Shown piece after piece: positions 21,301 through 29,306 of a stretch of DNA of 64,000 nucleotides (positions are counted from its first letter, which is position 1; every line of letters starts with the position of its first letter). Below the pieces are notes generated by a model. It worked only from the letters and a program-made list of their open reading frames with translations, was not told the DNA's origin and made no database searches. This stretch comes from Thermoanaerobaculia bacterium. GTDB lineage: Bacteria; Acidobacteriota; Thermoanaerobaculia; Multivoradales; SZUA-115. Where the stretch lies: the NCBI GenBank assembly GCA_036274895.1, contig DASUEU010000057.1:5807-69806 (forward strand), read 5' to 3'. Made by a program: the position numbers and the translations under genes.

Positions 21301-21414
21301 GAAGGCCACCAGGCCGGCGCCACCCCACAGCAGGGCGAGGGCGAGCACCCAGCCCCGGAAACGCTGCACCCCCGCGAACCAACGTCGCAGGCGGCTGTGG
21401 CTCTCAGTGGCCAT
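18340..21414 (-). CDS. czcA: CusA/CzcA-family heavy-metal efflux RND transporter
   Basis: 1024 aa with 12-TM RND topology. Sequence is typical of the HME-RND family, with large periplasmic loops. Confidence 0.9.
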   Translation of the reverse strand: MATESHSRLRRWFAGVQRFRGWVLALALLWGGAGLVAFLGLPRDLFPDLALPTLQLLVQSPGRSPDELELAVAQPIEQALTGLPAVRRVTSTSQAGIVQVVVAFEGDSDPWRSRQLVAEKLALVVPGFPAGTAAPLMTSAAGRLQEIQELVLEGPAADPMRLRDHAVREVVPRLQAVAGVARVELLGGEGRQLQVAISPERMRLAGVSLDQIVEALEGAERDASAGILEIQDKQWYVTVASLAATPEAVRRLPVHTAHGLVALGELAEVREAPELRQGLARFQGFEAVSMRVIKQPGAETLATSRRVRAALPGLEAALPEGMSLALFYDQGELVARSLGGVSRALLLGAAFVALVLVVLLGSWRSTLVVIALLPLATLGAAVPLAALGLGLNAMTLGGLAIAVGLLVDAGVIMVENLAHRLDQAAPAPEDRGAVLARAAAEVAVPIATAVAVILAVFIPLLAVGGVAGRLYAPLAVAVAAAMTLSLVLSFTLVPVLVDRLLPPGSRLAEPRVVAAIKRLYRPLLERALAHGGVAQAIALAVALPALWLGLSLGNEFLPALDEGALMAQTLLPSDASLSAIDEANRRFESELAGVPGVRGSYRRTGRGEVTEDPMPSYLSDVLVVLEPGADPGEVEAELAEIAERMPFVVELTTPMNMRISEGIGGTPADIQVELFHPDLDGLLARLPALQARLAEVPGVASVAPDTGAPLPRWRVIPDDEALRRLDVPRQALTQTVTAALQGIALEPRFAGLQRIERVVRFPSDGRLTPEKLKRLPIVVEEGRIIEVGQVATLVEETMPAMIRRKNGQRRLGLNVRTEGDLGGTAKRIEAALAGAELPPGTTVALAGKIEEARETRRRLLAASAAALTLVVVLLFLALGRAREVLVVLVTLPLALAGGLYALWLAGETWNASSIVGVIGLLGVAVQNSLVLITQTRGLVGTGLPFREALREASLGRVRPKLMTAGAAILGLTPMLLGFGGSELERPLALVMVGGLVTSTLFTLLVLPSVYAWVEPLSSRERRPA

Positions 21415-22558
21415 GGTCGTCGCCTCCGCCTGCCTGCTTGAGGTGGAGTGACTTCAAGAGGTAAGCGCCCTCGGTGGCGACCTCCTCGCCGGTGGCGAGC
21501 CCCGCCAGCACCAGCACCTCGCTGCCCAGCTCGGCCCCCTTGCGCACCGGGCGGAACAGGGCCTCGTCACCTTCCTTGACGAAGACTCCCCACACCCCCT
21601 CGATCTGCTGGAGCGCCGTCTGGGGCACCACGATCGCCCGCGCCAGGGGCACCCGGGCCTCGAGGGGCGTGCCGGCCAGGGGCAGGGTGCCGCCGGTGAG
21701 CCGCAGCCGGTAGGTCAGGCGGCGGGTCTCGTTGGAGAGGGCCGGCGGTACCCCCTCCACCTGCGCCGGCCAGCGGCGGCCGTCGGCGTGGCGGACCTCG
21801 GTGGCCACCCCCGCTCGCCAATCCTCCGGGCCGGGCAGGGGCAGCTCCACCTGCACCCGGTCGGTGCCCGGGGCGAGCAGGCGGCCCAGCTCCTGGCTGG
21901 CCGCAACCCCCTGGCCCAGCACCACCGCCAGGGAGGCGACCATCCCGCCGCGGGGAGCGCGTACCGTGAGCCGGGCGCCGGCCTGCTCAGGGGCCACGCC
22001 CCGGGCCTCGAGAGCCAGCCGTGCGGCCGCCTCCTCGGTCTCGGCTTGGGCCAGCTCGGAGCCGGCCGCCTCCACCTCGCGCTGGGAGGTGGCCGCCGCC
22101 GCGAGCAGCCGCTGCTCGCGAGCCAGCTCGGTCTCGGCGCGCTGCCGGCGCGCCCGGGCGGAGAGCCAGCGGGCCTTGAGATCGGCGAGCTCGGGGCTCT
22201 GCAGCTCGACCAAGGCCTGCCCGGGCTGCACCGTCTGCCCCAGCTCGACCCGCACTTCGGCGACCGTGCCGGCCACGGGCGCCGCGAACGACGCCGACGA
22301 GGCGGGATCCGCCACCGCCTCGGCGGCGAACCAGGCCCCCTCCTCCCGCGGCTCGCCCACGACGGTGAAGGCGACGCCGCGCAGATCGTCGAGGTGGACC
22401 CGCCTTTCGGCCCCCGGGCCCGTGCTCGCCGCCTCGGCGTGGTCGGCGTGAGCGTGCTCGTCGTGGTCGTCCTCGTGGCCGGGCTCGCGCCGGCAAGCCG
22501 GGGCCAGCAGGGGCAGCAGGAGAAGCAGGAGGAGGGCGAGCTTGCGGGGCAGGGTCAT
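21404..22558 (-). CDS. czcB: efflux RND periplasmic adaptor (membrane fusion protein) with His-rich termini
   Basis: Signal/TM segment. N-terminal HEDDHDEHAHADH and C-terminal GGGDDHGH metal-binding stretches. Coiled-coil/lipoyl MFP core. Overlaps the czcA start by 11 nt. Confidence 0.85.
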   Translation of the reverse strand: MTLPRKLALLLLLLLPLLAPACRREPGHEDDHDEHAHADHAEAASTGPGAERRVHLDDLRGVAFTVVGEPREEGAWFAAEAVADPASSASFAAPVAGTVAEVRVELGQTVQPGQALVELQSPELADLKARWLSARARRQRAETELAREQRLLAAAATSQREVEAAGSELAQAETEEAAARLALEARGVAPEQAGARLTVRAPRGGMVASLAVVLGQGVAASQELGRLLAPGTDRVQVELPLPGPEDWRAGVATEVRHADGRRWPAQVEGVPPALSNETRRLTYRLRLTGGTLPLAGTPLEARVPLARAIVVPQTALQQIEGVWGVFVKEGDEALFRPVRKGAELGSEVLVLAGLATGEEVATEGAYLLKSLHLKQAGGGDDHGH

Positions 22559-23721
22559 GGGTTCACCTCGGTCGTCAGCAGGGAGAGTTCCTGGCGAGCG
22601 GCGAGCAGGGCGAGGTCGTGGTCCAGGCGATCGCGCCGGAGGGCCCCGACGCTGCGCCGTAGGGCGAGCACCTCGGCGGCCGTGGCCTTGCCCTCGACCA
22701 GGCGGGCTTCGAGGGCACCGAGGGCGCGATCGAGGCCCGCGGCCGGGGTCATGACGCCGAGGCGGGAAACCAGGCCCCGGGCATGCTCGAAGCGGGCGTC
22801 GAGGGCAGCGGCCGCCTCCGCGTGGCGGCGTCGGGCGGCCTGGCGCCGGGCTTCGGCGGCGGCTTCGAGGGCCGCGGGCTCCTGCCGCCCGAAGAGCCGG
22901 TAGGCGAGCCCCACTCGTGCCACGCTCTCGTCGCCTTCACGGGCCACCCGGGTGGCCAGATCGAGGCGGGAGCCCTCGCGAGCCGTGGCCAGGGCCAGCC
23001 GCCCCTCCTCGAGCGCCAGGCCGGCAGCCAGGGCGCGGCGCGACAGCCCCCCCTGGAAGCGGGCCTCCCAGCCGGCAGCCTCGGGGAGGGGCGGAGCCGG
23101 CGGCACGGCCAAGGGGGAAGTACCGAGGGGCCGATCCACGAGAGCGGCGAGGGCGGAGCGCGCCCGCAGCTCCTCGGCCTCGGCCAGGGCCACTCTCGCC
23201 CTGGCCTCAGCGACCTCGGCCGAGAGCAGGTCCACCTCGAAGTCGGCGGCGGCCCCGGCCTCGGCGCGGCGGGCCGTGATCCCAGCCCAGCGCTCGACGG
23301 TGGCGAGGTCCTCCCGCGCGAGGGTGAGGCGGGCGGCGGCGGCCCAGCACTCTCGGTAGGCGGCCGTGGCCCGGCCGAGCGTCTCGAGCCGGGCGGCCCC
23401 GAGCAGGGTGGCCTCGGCTGCGGCCAGGGCGTCGACCAGCAGCTGGCGAGCGGTGGGCCGGGCGAGCAGGGGCCAGTCCAGCTCGAGCTCGACGTCGGGC
23501 CGGGTCGAGCCCTCGGCCCGGCGGGCGCCGACGGTCGCCCCCAGGGTGGGCGCGTCCGCCCGCCAGGACGAGGTCCCGGCCAGCTCGCGCCGGGTCTCCG
23601 CCAGATCCGCCGCCAGGAAGAGCTCTTCGGCGCTCGGGCGGGTGCGTGCGAGCACCTCTTCGAGAGTCAGTGGTTGATCGATAGCGCCCACGAAGAGCGC
23701 CACCAGCAGGGCCCAGGGCAT
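22555..23721 (-). CDS. czcC: TolC-family outer membrane efflux protein
   Basis: Signal peptide. Two coiled-coil/barrel repeats typical of OMF proteins. 4-nt overlap with the czcB start. Confidence 0.8.
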   Translation of the reverse strand: MPWALLVALFVGAIDQPLTLEEVLARTRPSAEELFLAADLAETRRELAGTSSWRADAPTLGATVGARRAEGSTRPDVELELDWPLLARPTARQLLVDALAAAEATLLGAARLETLGRATAAYRECWAAAARLTLAREDLATVERWAGITARRAEAGAAADFEVDLLSAEVAEARARVALAEAEELRARSALAALVDRPLGTSPLAVPPAPPLPEAAGWEARFQGGLSRRALAAGLALEEGRLALATAREGSRLDLATRVAREGDESVARVGLAYRLFGRQEPAALEAAAEARRQAARRRHAEAAAALDARFEHARGLVSRLGVMTPAAGLDRALGALEARLVEGKATAAEVLALRRSVGALRRDRLDHDLALLAARQELSLLTTEVNP

Positions 23722-23788
23722 GGCTCACCTCCGAACGGCTCGGGAGTTGCGCCGCTCCAGCAGCGACTGGGCGGCGAAGCGAGGCGCT

Positions 23789-24043
23789 TCAGGCGCGGGG
23801 AGGGGGTAGCTCGGGGAGGACGGTTCGGGAGAGCAGGTGCTGGGTCGGCTCGGCCAGGGCGGTCAGCTCGGGGGCCGCGGGCGGAGCGAGGGACTCGCCC
23901 GGTTCAGGCTCCGGAGCCGCCGCGCAGCCCAGGTGGCAGACCGTACAGCGGGCCGAATCCTCCTCCTCGCAGCCGTCCCAGGGCAGCTCACAGGGAGCGA
24001 GCGCCGTGACGATCAGGAACAGCACGAAGAGGTGGCGGGCCAT
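23789..24043 (-). CDS. small secreted Cys-rich protein with CxxCH motif (84 aa)
   Basis: Hydrophobic N-terminus MARHLFVLFLIVTALAPC. Cys cluster CELPWDGCEEEDSARCTVCHLGC, including the heme-c-like CTVCH. High GC3. Lies 67 nt upstream of czcC. RBS is weak. Confidence 0.35.
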   Translation of the reverse strand: MARHLFVLFLIVTALAPCELPWDGCEEEDSARCTVCHLGCAAAPEPEPGESLAPPAAPELTALAEPTQHLLSRTVLPELPPPRA

Positions 24044-24133
24044 CTGGCGCAGACCCTAGCACGAGCCGTAACTCGGCGGGGGTGCGAACGTACAGAGACC
24101 GGGAAAGAACCCGACCGTTCCCGGAGGAACCCC

Positions 24134-25669
24134 ATGACCCTGAGAAACTCGGCCAGACGATCCACCCTGTTGCTGGCCCTGCTGCTCGGCAGCGTGCTCA
24201 CGCTGCCTTCGACGGCCGACGAGCCGATGGCCAAGCCGGACGCCGCCAAGGCCGAGGCTCCGGCCCCCAAGCGCTTCGTCTCCGAGCACCGCCTGCAAAG
24301 CGGCGCCACCGACCTGCGCTACACCGCCACCGCCGAGGAGATCTACCTGCGCGACGAGGCGGGCAAGCCCACCGCGAGCTTCTTCACCATCTCCTACTTG
24401 AAGAGCGGCGTCGCCCGCCCCGAGGAGCGCCCCCTGACCTTCGTGTTCAACGGCGGCCCCGGCTCGGCCTCGATCTGGCTGCACTTCGGCCTGGTCGGCC
24501 CGAAGCTGGTGGACCTGCCGAGCGACGCCACCGACCCTGGGCCGCCCCCCTACAAGCTGCGCGACAACCCGTGGACGATCCTGCGAGCCACCGACCTGGT
24601 CTTCGTCGATCCGGTGGGAACCGGCTTCTCCAAAGCCCTGGGGGAGAAGAAGGACGCCGACTTTTGGGGCTTCGACCAGGACGCCGACTCGGTGGCGGAG
24701 TTCATCCGCACCTTCATCACCCAGCACGGCCGCTGGAACTCACCGAAGTACCTGCTGGGCGAAAGCTACGGCGGGATCCGCAGCTCGCTGCTGGTACCGC
24801 GCCTTCAGCAGCGGCTCGACATCCGCTTGAACGGCGTGATCCTGATCTCGCCGGCCCTCAACATGGGCACGCTACCGTTCGTCGTGGCCGGCAACGACCT
24901 GCCCTACGCCACCCACCTGCCGGCCTACGCGGCGAGCGCCTACTACCACGGCAAGCTGCCGGACAAATGGCCGAGCCTCGAATCCCTGCTCGTGGAGGTC
25001 GAGGCCTACGCCGGCGGCGAGTATTTGACGGCCCTCTTCCAGGGCGATCTGCTCCCCGCCGCCGAGCGCGAGAAGGTCGCCGAGCGGCTGCACCGCTACA
25101 CCGGCCTTTCGAAGCAGTACCTGCTGCGCTGCGATCTGCGCCCGTACGCCCTGCGCTTCATCAAGGAGCTGTTGCGCGACGAGGGCAAGGTGGTCGGATT
25201 GATCGATGGCCGCTACGTCCAGGACGAGCTCGACGACGTCGCCGACTTCTCCGAGGGCGATGCCTTCGACGCCAAGACCGCCCCGGCCTACGTGGCGACC
25301 TTCCAGAGCTACTTGAAGAGTGAGCTGAAGGTTGACTTCGAGCAGCGATACGTCGGCGGCAGCGACCAGGCCAACCAGCAGTGGAAGCGCCCCGAGGGCG
25401 GCAACGGCGCCTTCGCCGGCTACATCGACGTGACCGGCCAGCTGGCCCAGGGCACCAAGGACAACGAGGCCTTGCGGATCTTCTCGGCCGGCGGCTACCA
25501 CGACCTCACCACCTCCTACTTCGCCACCGAGTACATGCTGCGCCACAGCGGCATCGACCCGGCCCGCCTGGTGGTCAAGAACTACTTCGGCGGCCACATG
25601 ATGTACCTCCACCAGCCCTCGCTCGAAGCCCTGTCGAACGACCTCGTCGCCTTTATCGAAGGACGCTGA
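24134..25669 (+). CDS. secreted serine carboxypeptidase (peptidase S10 family)
   Basis: Start MTLRNSARRSTLLLALLLGS (signal peptide) with GGAGG RBS. GESYGG nucleophile motif. Followed by a strong terminator. Confidence 0.8.
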   Translation: MTLRNSARRSTLLLALLLGSVLTLPSTADEPMAKPDAAKAEAPAPKRFVSEHRLQSGATDLRYTATAEEIYLRDEAGKPTASFFTISYLKSGVARPEERPLTFVFNGGPGSASIWLHFGLVGPKLVDLPSDATDPGPPPYKLRDNPWTILRATDLVFVDPVGTGFSKALGEKKDADFWGFDQDADSVAEFIRTFITQHGRWNSPKYLLGESYGGIRSSLLVPRLQQRLDIRLNGVILISPALNMGTLPFVVAGNDLPYATHLPAYAASAYYHGKLPDKWPSLESLLVEVEAYAGGEYLTALFQGDLLPAAEREKVAERLHRYTGLSKQYLLRCDLRPYALRFIKELLRDEGKVVGLIDGRYVQDELDDVADFSEGDAFDAKTAPAYVATFQSYLKSELKVDFEQRYVGGSDQANQQWKRPEGGNGAFAGYIDVTGQLAQGTKDNEALRIFSAGGYHDLTTSYFATEYMLRHSGIDPARLVVKNYFGGHMMYLHQPSLEALSNDLVAFIEGR

Positions 25670-25693
25670 CGAGGTCTCCCTCCTTCCTCGAGT

Positions 25694-25734
25694 GCCTCCG
25701 GGCGGGTTCCACCCCGCCCGGAGGAAGTTTGTGT
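25694..25734 (+). terminator. rho-independent terminator (12-bp GC stem, 6-nt loop, U-rich tail)
   Basis: CCTCCGGGCGGG-uuccac-CCCGCCCGGAGG followed by AAGUUUGUGUU, 25 nt after the S10 stop. Confidence 0.7.
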
Positions 25735-25792
25735 TCCGCACTTTACGTGCAGATAGGGAAAACTCTGAACTAGAAGTTATAGCGGAATATCC

Positions 25793-25821
25793 TTGATTCT
25801 TGTCGTCAGGTCCCCTAGCAT
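25793..25821 (+). promoter_or_regulatory. candidate sigma70-like promoter in an AT-rich island
   Basis: TTGATT-N17-TAGCAT within an unusually AT-rich ~100-bp stretch (25735-25830). Upstream of the secreted-protein gene at 25991. Confidence 0.3.
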
Positions 25822-25990
25822 GGGATCACTGCCAACGCTCCTTGAAACCATCCACCCTGGGTTCTGGGTCTGTCTTGTCGTCCTGATTGCCTGGGGCCGA
25901 GCTCAATGCCGGGCTCGGCCCGAGCTCCGCAGGGTCCCGAGCGCGGACGCATTGCGGGGCGATGACTCCTCCAAGGGAAGGAGAGATCCC

Positions 25991-26833
25991 ATGCGCCAGC
26001 TCCAGCACCACGCCACGCCAAGTCGAGTCCCGGAGAGCCTGCGATCCAACCGGAGCGCTCCCCCTCCCCCTCTTTGCCCGGTCTCCCTCGGCCGCGCCGC
26101 CGTCCTGGCCGCCGTCGCCCTGGCCTTCGCCTCGGCGTTGGCGCCGGCGGCGGTCCATGCCCAAGGGACGCGGGGCTCGAGCCAGGCCATGAGCGTCAGC
26201 GGCTGGCTCAAGCTGGTGACTTTCTCCGGCAGCGGCGACTCGGTCGATCTCGGCCGGGTGGCCACCGTTTCGGCACAGGCTCCACCGAATTACCTGTTGA
26301 GCGATGCGCGGCCGAACTTCGCTGCCAACCTGGGCGAGGCGGGTAAGGTCCTCGGCAGCTCCACCCTGCGCTCCGCCGTGGCGGGCACGGTGGAGATCTC
26401 CCAGCTCCTGTCGGCCCGGGCCGAAGCCGAGGATCTCGAGCTGATCGTCGTCGGCGCCGCCCCCCTCCTCACCCTCTCGGTCGATGGGGTGGTCGCCGAA
26501 GCCTCGATGTCCGGACCTTGCGGTGATGCCCTGAGGGCGACCGGCTCGGTGACGATCGCCGGTGCGACGGTCGGCGGCAGCCTCGGCCTCGGCCTCACCA
26601 TCCCTCTCCAGCCGAGCGCCGACACCGTTCTGCTCGATCGGGACGGTATGCGCATCGTCCTCCACGAGCGCAAGCTCACGGGGTCGGGTTTCGGTGACCT
26701 GCGCCTGGTCGTCAACGCCATCCACGTCGAGCTGGACGAGGTGTTGATCCCCGGTCTCGGCCTGCTCAGTGGCCAGATCGTCATCGGCCACGCCGAGGCC
26801 GGGCTCATCTGCGGCGACATGCTCCAGAACTGA
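25991..26833 (+). CDS. hypothetical secreted protein (Gly/Ala/Ser/Val/Leu-rich)
   Basis: ATG preceded by GGAAGGAGAG. Long n-region followed by a hydrophobic signal AAVLAAVALAFASALAPAAVHAQG. No family recognised. Confidence 0.55.
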   Translation: MRQLQHHATPSRVPESLRSNRSAPPPPLCPVSLGRAAVLAAVALAFASALAPAAVHAQGTRGSSQAMSVSGWLKLVTFSGSGDSVDLGRVATVSAQAPPNYLLSDARPNFAANLGEAGKVLGSSTLRSAVAGTVEISQLLSARAEAEDLELIVVGAAPLLTLSVDGVVAEASMSGPCGDALRATGSVTIAGATVGGSLGLGLTIPLQPSADTVLLDRDGMRIVLHERKLTGSGFGDLRLVVNAIHVELDEVLIPGLGLLSGQIVIGHAEAGLICGDMLQN

Positions 26834-26834
26834 G

Positions 26835-29225
26835 CTAGGGCACCACCACGCTCCAGGCCGAGGTGTTGCCGCTCTCGAAGCCGTCGGCGAACAGGGCGTT
26901 GATCGCGGTGCCGATGATCGCCACCGGCATGTGGGTCTCCGGCACGTTGGCGTCGTTGGGGGTCAGCACCAGCTGGCCGAACTGGTAGACCCCCAACGGC
27001 AGCAGGTAGCTCACGGAGACGTCCACCGTGATGACCTGGGTAGCCCCCGCGGCCAGGGTGAAGCTCGAGGGGGTGGCGCGGATGGCCAGGCCCGGCGGGC
27101 CGGTCTTCGATGCCGTCCAGGTCAGGCTCGAGGCGGTGGCGTTCTCCACCGTGCGAGTGAAGCTGCACAGCCCCGCGCAGGCGCTGTGATTGAAGCTCGG
27201 GATGTTGAGGGTACGGGGGTTGCCCCCGATCCCCGGGTTGGCGGCCAGATAGTTGGCCTCGGTCTCGTCGAGGATCAGCCCGGCCCGGCCGGCACGGGAG
27301 AGATCCACCCGCCCGGCCCCCATGTCGTGGGCATCGGCCGGGGTCACACCGTTCTCCTTGAGCACCGTCAGGTCGGCCGTGGTCATCAAGGCGGACTTGA
27401 CCTCGGACGGCGTCCACATGGGGTGGAGAGCCTGGATCAGCAGGCCCGAGCCGGCGGTGTGCGGGCTCGACATCGAAGTGCCGGAGAGGGTGCCGAAGTC
27501 GGGGCTGGCACCGACGACCGAGTTCTCGTGCACGGCGGCGAAGATGCTCGCCCCCGGGTTGGTGACGTCCGGCTTGATGACGTTGAAGGAGGCGTTGGGC
27601 CCGCGGGAGCTGAAGGAGGCCATGATGTCGGCCACCGCCGGGTCGGTGACGATCGCCGAGCCGGTGATGGTGCCCATGTGACCGCTGCCCGAGGCGAGCC
27701 AGGTACGCAGGGCGTTGCCCTCGGCCTGGTCGACGTGGGTCGCCGGGATGACGTGCGGGTCGGCGACGATGCCGGTCTCGGTCAGATTGCCGAGGATGCA
27801 GCCGGCGGCGCCGCCGGCCGCGACGTTGGCGCACTTGAGCACGCGGGCGAGGTTCTGGCCGCGGTCGCACATCACGATCATGCCGGTGAAGGTGCCGCCG
27901 GCGAAGGCGGCGCTGCACTGGCCGTCGAGCGGGTCACCGGGCGGGAAGGCGTCGAAGGCGCGAGCGTGGACGATCGGCAGCGGCCCCACGCCGGTGGTGC
28001 GCGAGGCCCCCTGCATGTCCGCAGGGGGAGAGACGCCGCCGCTCATGCTCTCGAGGTCGTTGAAGACGTTGACCCGGTCGTGCGTGCTGGCGCCGACGGT
28101 CATCACCCACGGCCCGAGGTGAGCCACGGTCGAGGCTCCGGGACCGGAGTTGCCGGCGCTCGCCGAGACGAAGATACCCGCCGCCACGGCGTCCAAGAAG
28201 AAGGTGTCGCTGTCCCCCGACCACGGCGCGCTGCCGCCACCGATCGAGTAGTTGATGGCGTCGACGCCGTCCATGATCGCCTGGTTGGTGGCCGCCGAGG
28301 TGGCGACGAAGGGGCAGAGCCCCTGGCCCGCGGAGTTGGTGTAGCAGGCGTCGTAGGTGATCAGGCTGGCGCGGTGGGCCACGCCCGAGATCGCCGGGCT
28401 GTTGAGCATGTTGCCCACCGCCGTCGAGGCGGTGTGGCTGCCGTGGCCGTTGTCGTCCTCGGGGCCGTCCGCCTCGCTGCAGGTGCCCGGGTTGGCGGTG
28501 CAGAAGGCGTCGGTGAAGTCCCAGGCCGCGAACAGCTTGTCGTTGCAGGCGTAGGAGGGGTCGAAGTTCGGGTTGCCGGGGTCGCACCAGCCGCCGAACA
28601 CTCCCGTGCCCAGCGGGTTGACGTAGACGTAGCCGTCCGGCGGAGAGTCCGAGAACGACGGATGGTTCATGTTCACGCCGGTGTCGATGTCGCCCAGAAC
28701 CATGCCTTCGCCCTTGGTGGCGCCCAGGCCGCCGGTCTGGGTACCGTCCCAGATGCCCGGGGCGCCGATCCAGGTCGGGCCGCGGTCGGTGTCGAGCGGC
28801 ACCTGCACGTCGGGCAGGACGCTCTTGACCCCGGGCAAGGCGGCCACGCGGGCCGCTTCTGAGGGGGAGAGGGCGACGGCGACGCCGTTGCCGGCCGCCC
28901 GGTACGAGAAGAGGACCGGTACCGGCCGCCCGAGGGTGCTCTCGATGGCGTCGAGGTGGAGCCGCTGCCGGTGGCTCAGGTAATCGAGATAGGCCCGGCT
29001 GGCCGGGCTCTTGGCGTCGAGCTTGCGCTCACCGCGGGCGGCGGGGTTGGTCGCCTCGAGCCCCGCGATTCCCCCGCTGTAGCGGGCGAGGGACGGCTCG
29101 CTGAAGAGCACGACGTAGTAGCCGCTGGTGGCGAGGTCTCGCGCGCCGTCGGCCCAGGCGGGGGCGGCGAGCGACAAGCCAACGGCGAGGAAGGCGGTGC
29201 ACAAGAGGATGCGCCTCGGGATCAT
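26835..29225 (-). CDS. secreted subtilisin-like serine protease (peptidase S8) with I9 propeptide
   Basis: Signal MIPRRILLCTAFLAVGLSLAAPAWA with AAGGAG RBS. Catalytic motifs DTGV, HGSHTAS and GTSMSSPHTAG. Confidence 0.85.
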   Translation of the reverse strand: MIPRRILLCTAFLAVGLSLAAPAWADGARDLATSGYYVVLFSEPSLARYSGGIAGLEATNPAARGERKLDAKSPASRAYLDYLSHRQRLHLDAIESTLGRPVPVLFSYRAAGNGVAVALSPSEAARVAALPGVKSVLPDVQVPLDTDRGPTWIGAPGIWDGTQTGGLGATKGEGMVLGDIDTGVNMNHPSFSDSPPDGYVYVNPLGTGVFGGWCDPGNPNFDPSYACNDKLFAAWDFTDAFCTANPGTCSEADGPEDDNGHGSHTASTAVGNMLNSPAISGVAHRASLITYDACYTNSAGQGLCPFVATSAATNQAIMDGVDAINYSIGGGSAPWSGDSDTFFLDAVAAGIFVSASAGNSGPGASTVAHLGPWVMTVGASTHDRVNVFNDLESMSGGVSPPADMQGASRTTGVGPLPIVHARAFDAFPPGDPLDGQCSAAFAGGTFTGMIVMCDRGQNLARVLKCANVAAGGAAGCILGNLTETGIVADPHVIPATHVDQAEGNALRTWLASGSGHMGTITGSAIVTDPAVADIMASFSSRGPNASFNVIKPDVTNPGASIFAAVHENSVVGASPDFGTLSGTSMSSPHTAGSGLLIQALHPMWTPSEVKSALMTTADLTVLKENGVTPADAHDMGAGRVDLSRAGRAGLILDETEANYLAANPGIGGNPRTLNIPSFNHSACAGLCSFTRTVENATASSLTWTASKTGPPGLAIRATPSSFTLAAGATQVITVDVSVSYLLPLGVYQFGQLVLTPNDANVPETHMPVAIIGTAINALFADGFESGNTSAWSVVVP

Positions 29226-29306
29226 CGCGGGCTCCTTCTCGGTTCGAGAGACTGTGCTTCGCAATGTACCCGAGGTTCAGCGGCAGGGCAACCGCGAGCC
29301 CGCCTG

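Noticed and set aside
25793-25990. Upstream extension of the 25991 gene (track start 25793, MILVVRSPSMGSLPTLLETIHPGFWVCLVVLIAW...)
   Set aside because: A strong GGAAGGAGAG RBS directly precedes ATG 25991. The extension runs through the AT-rich promoter island and encodes an implausible N-terminus.
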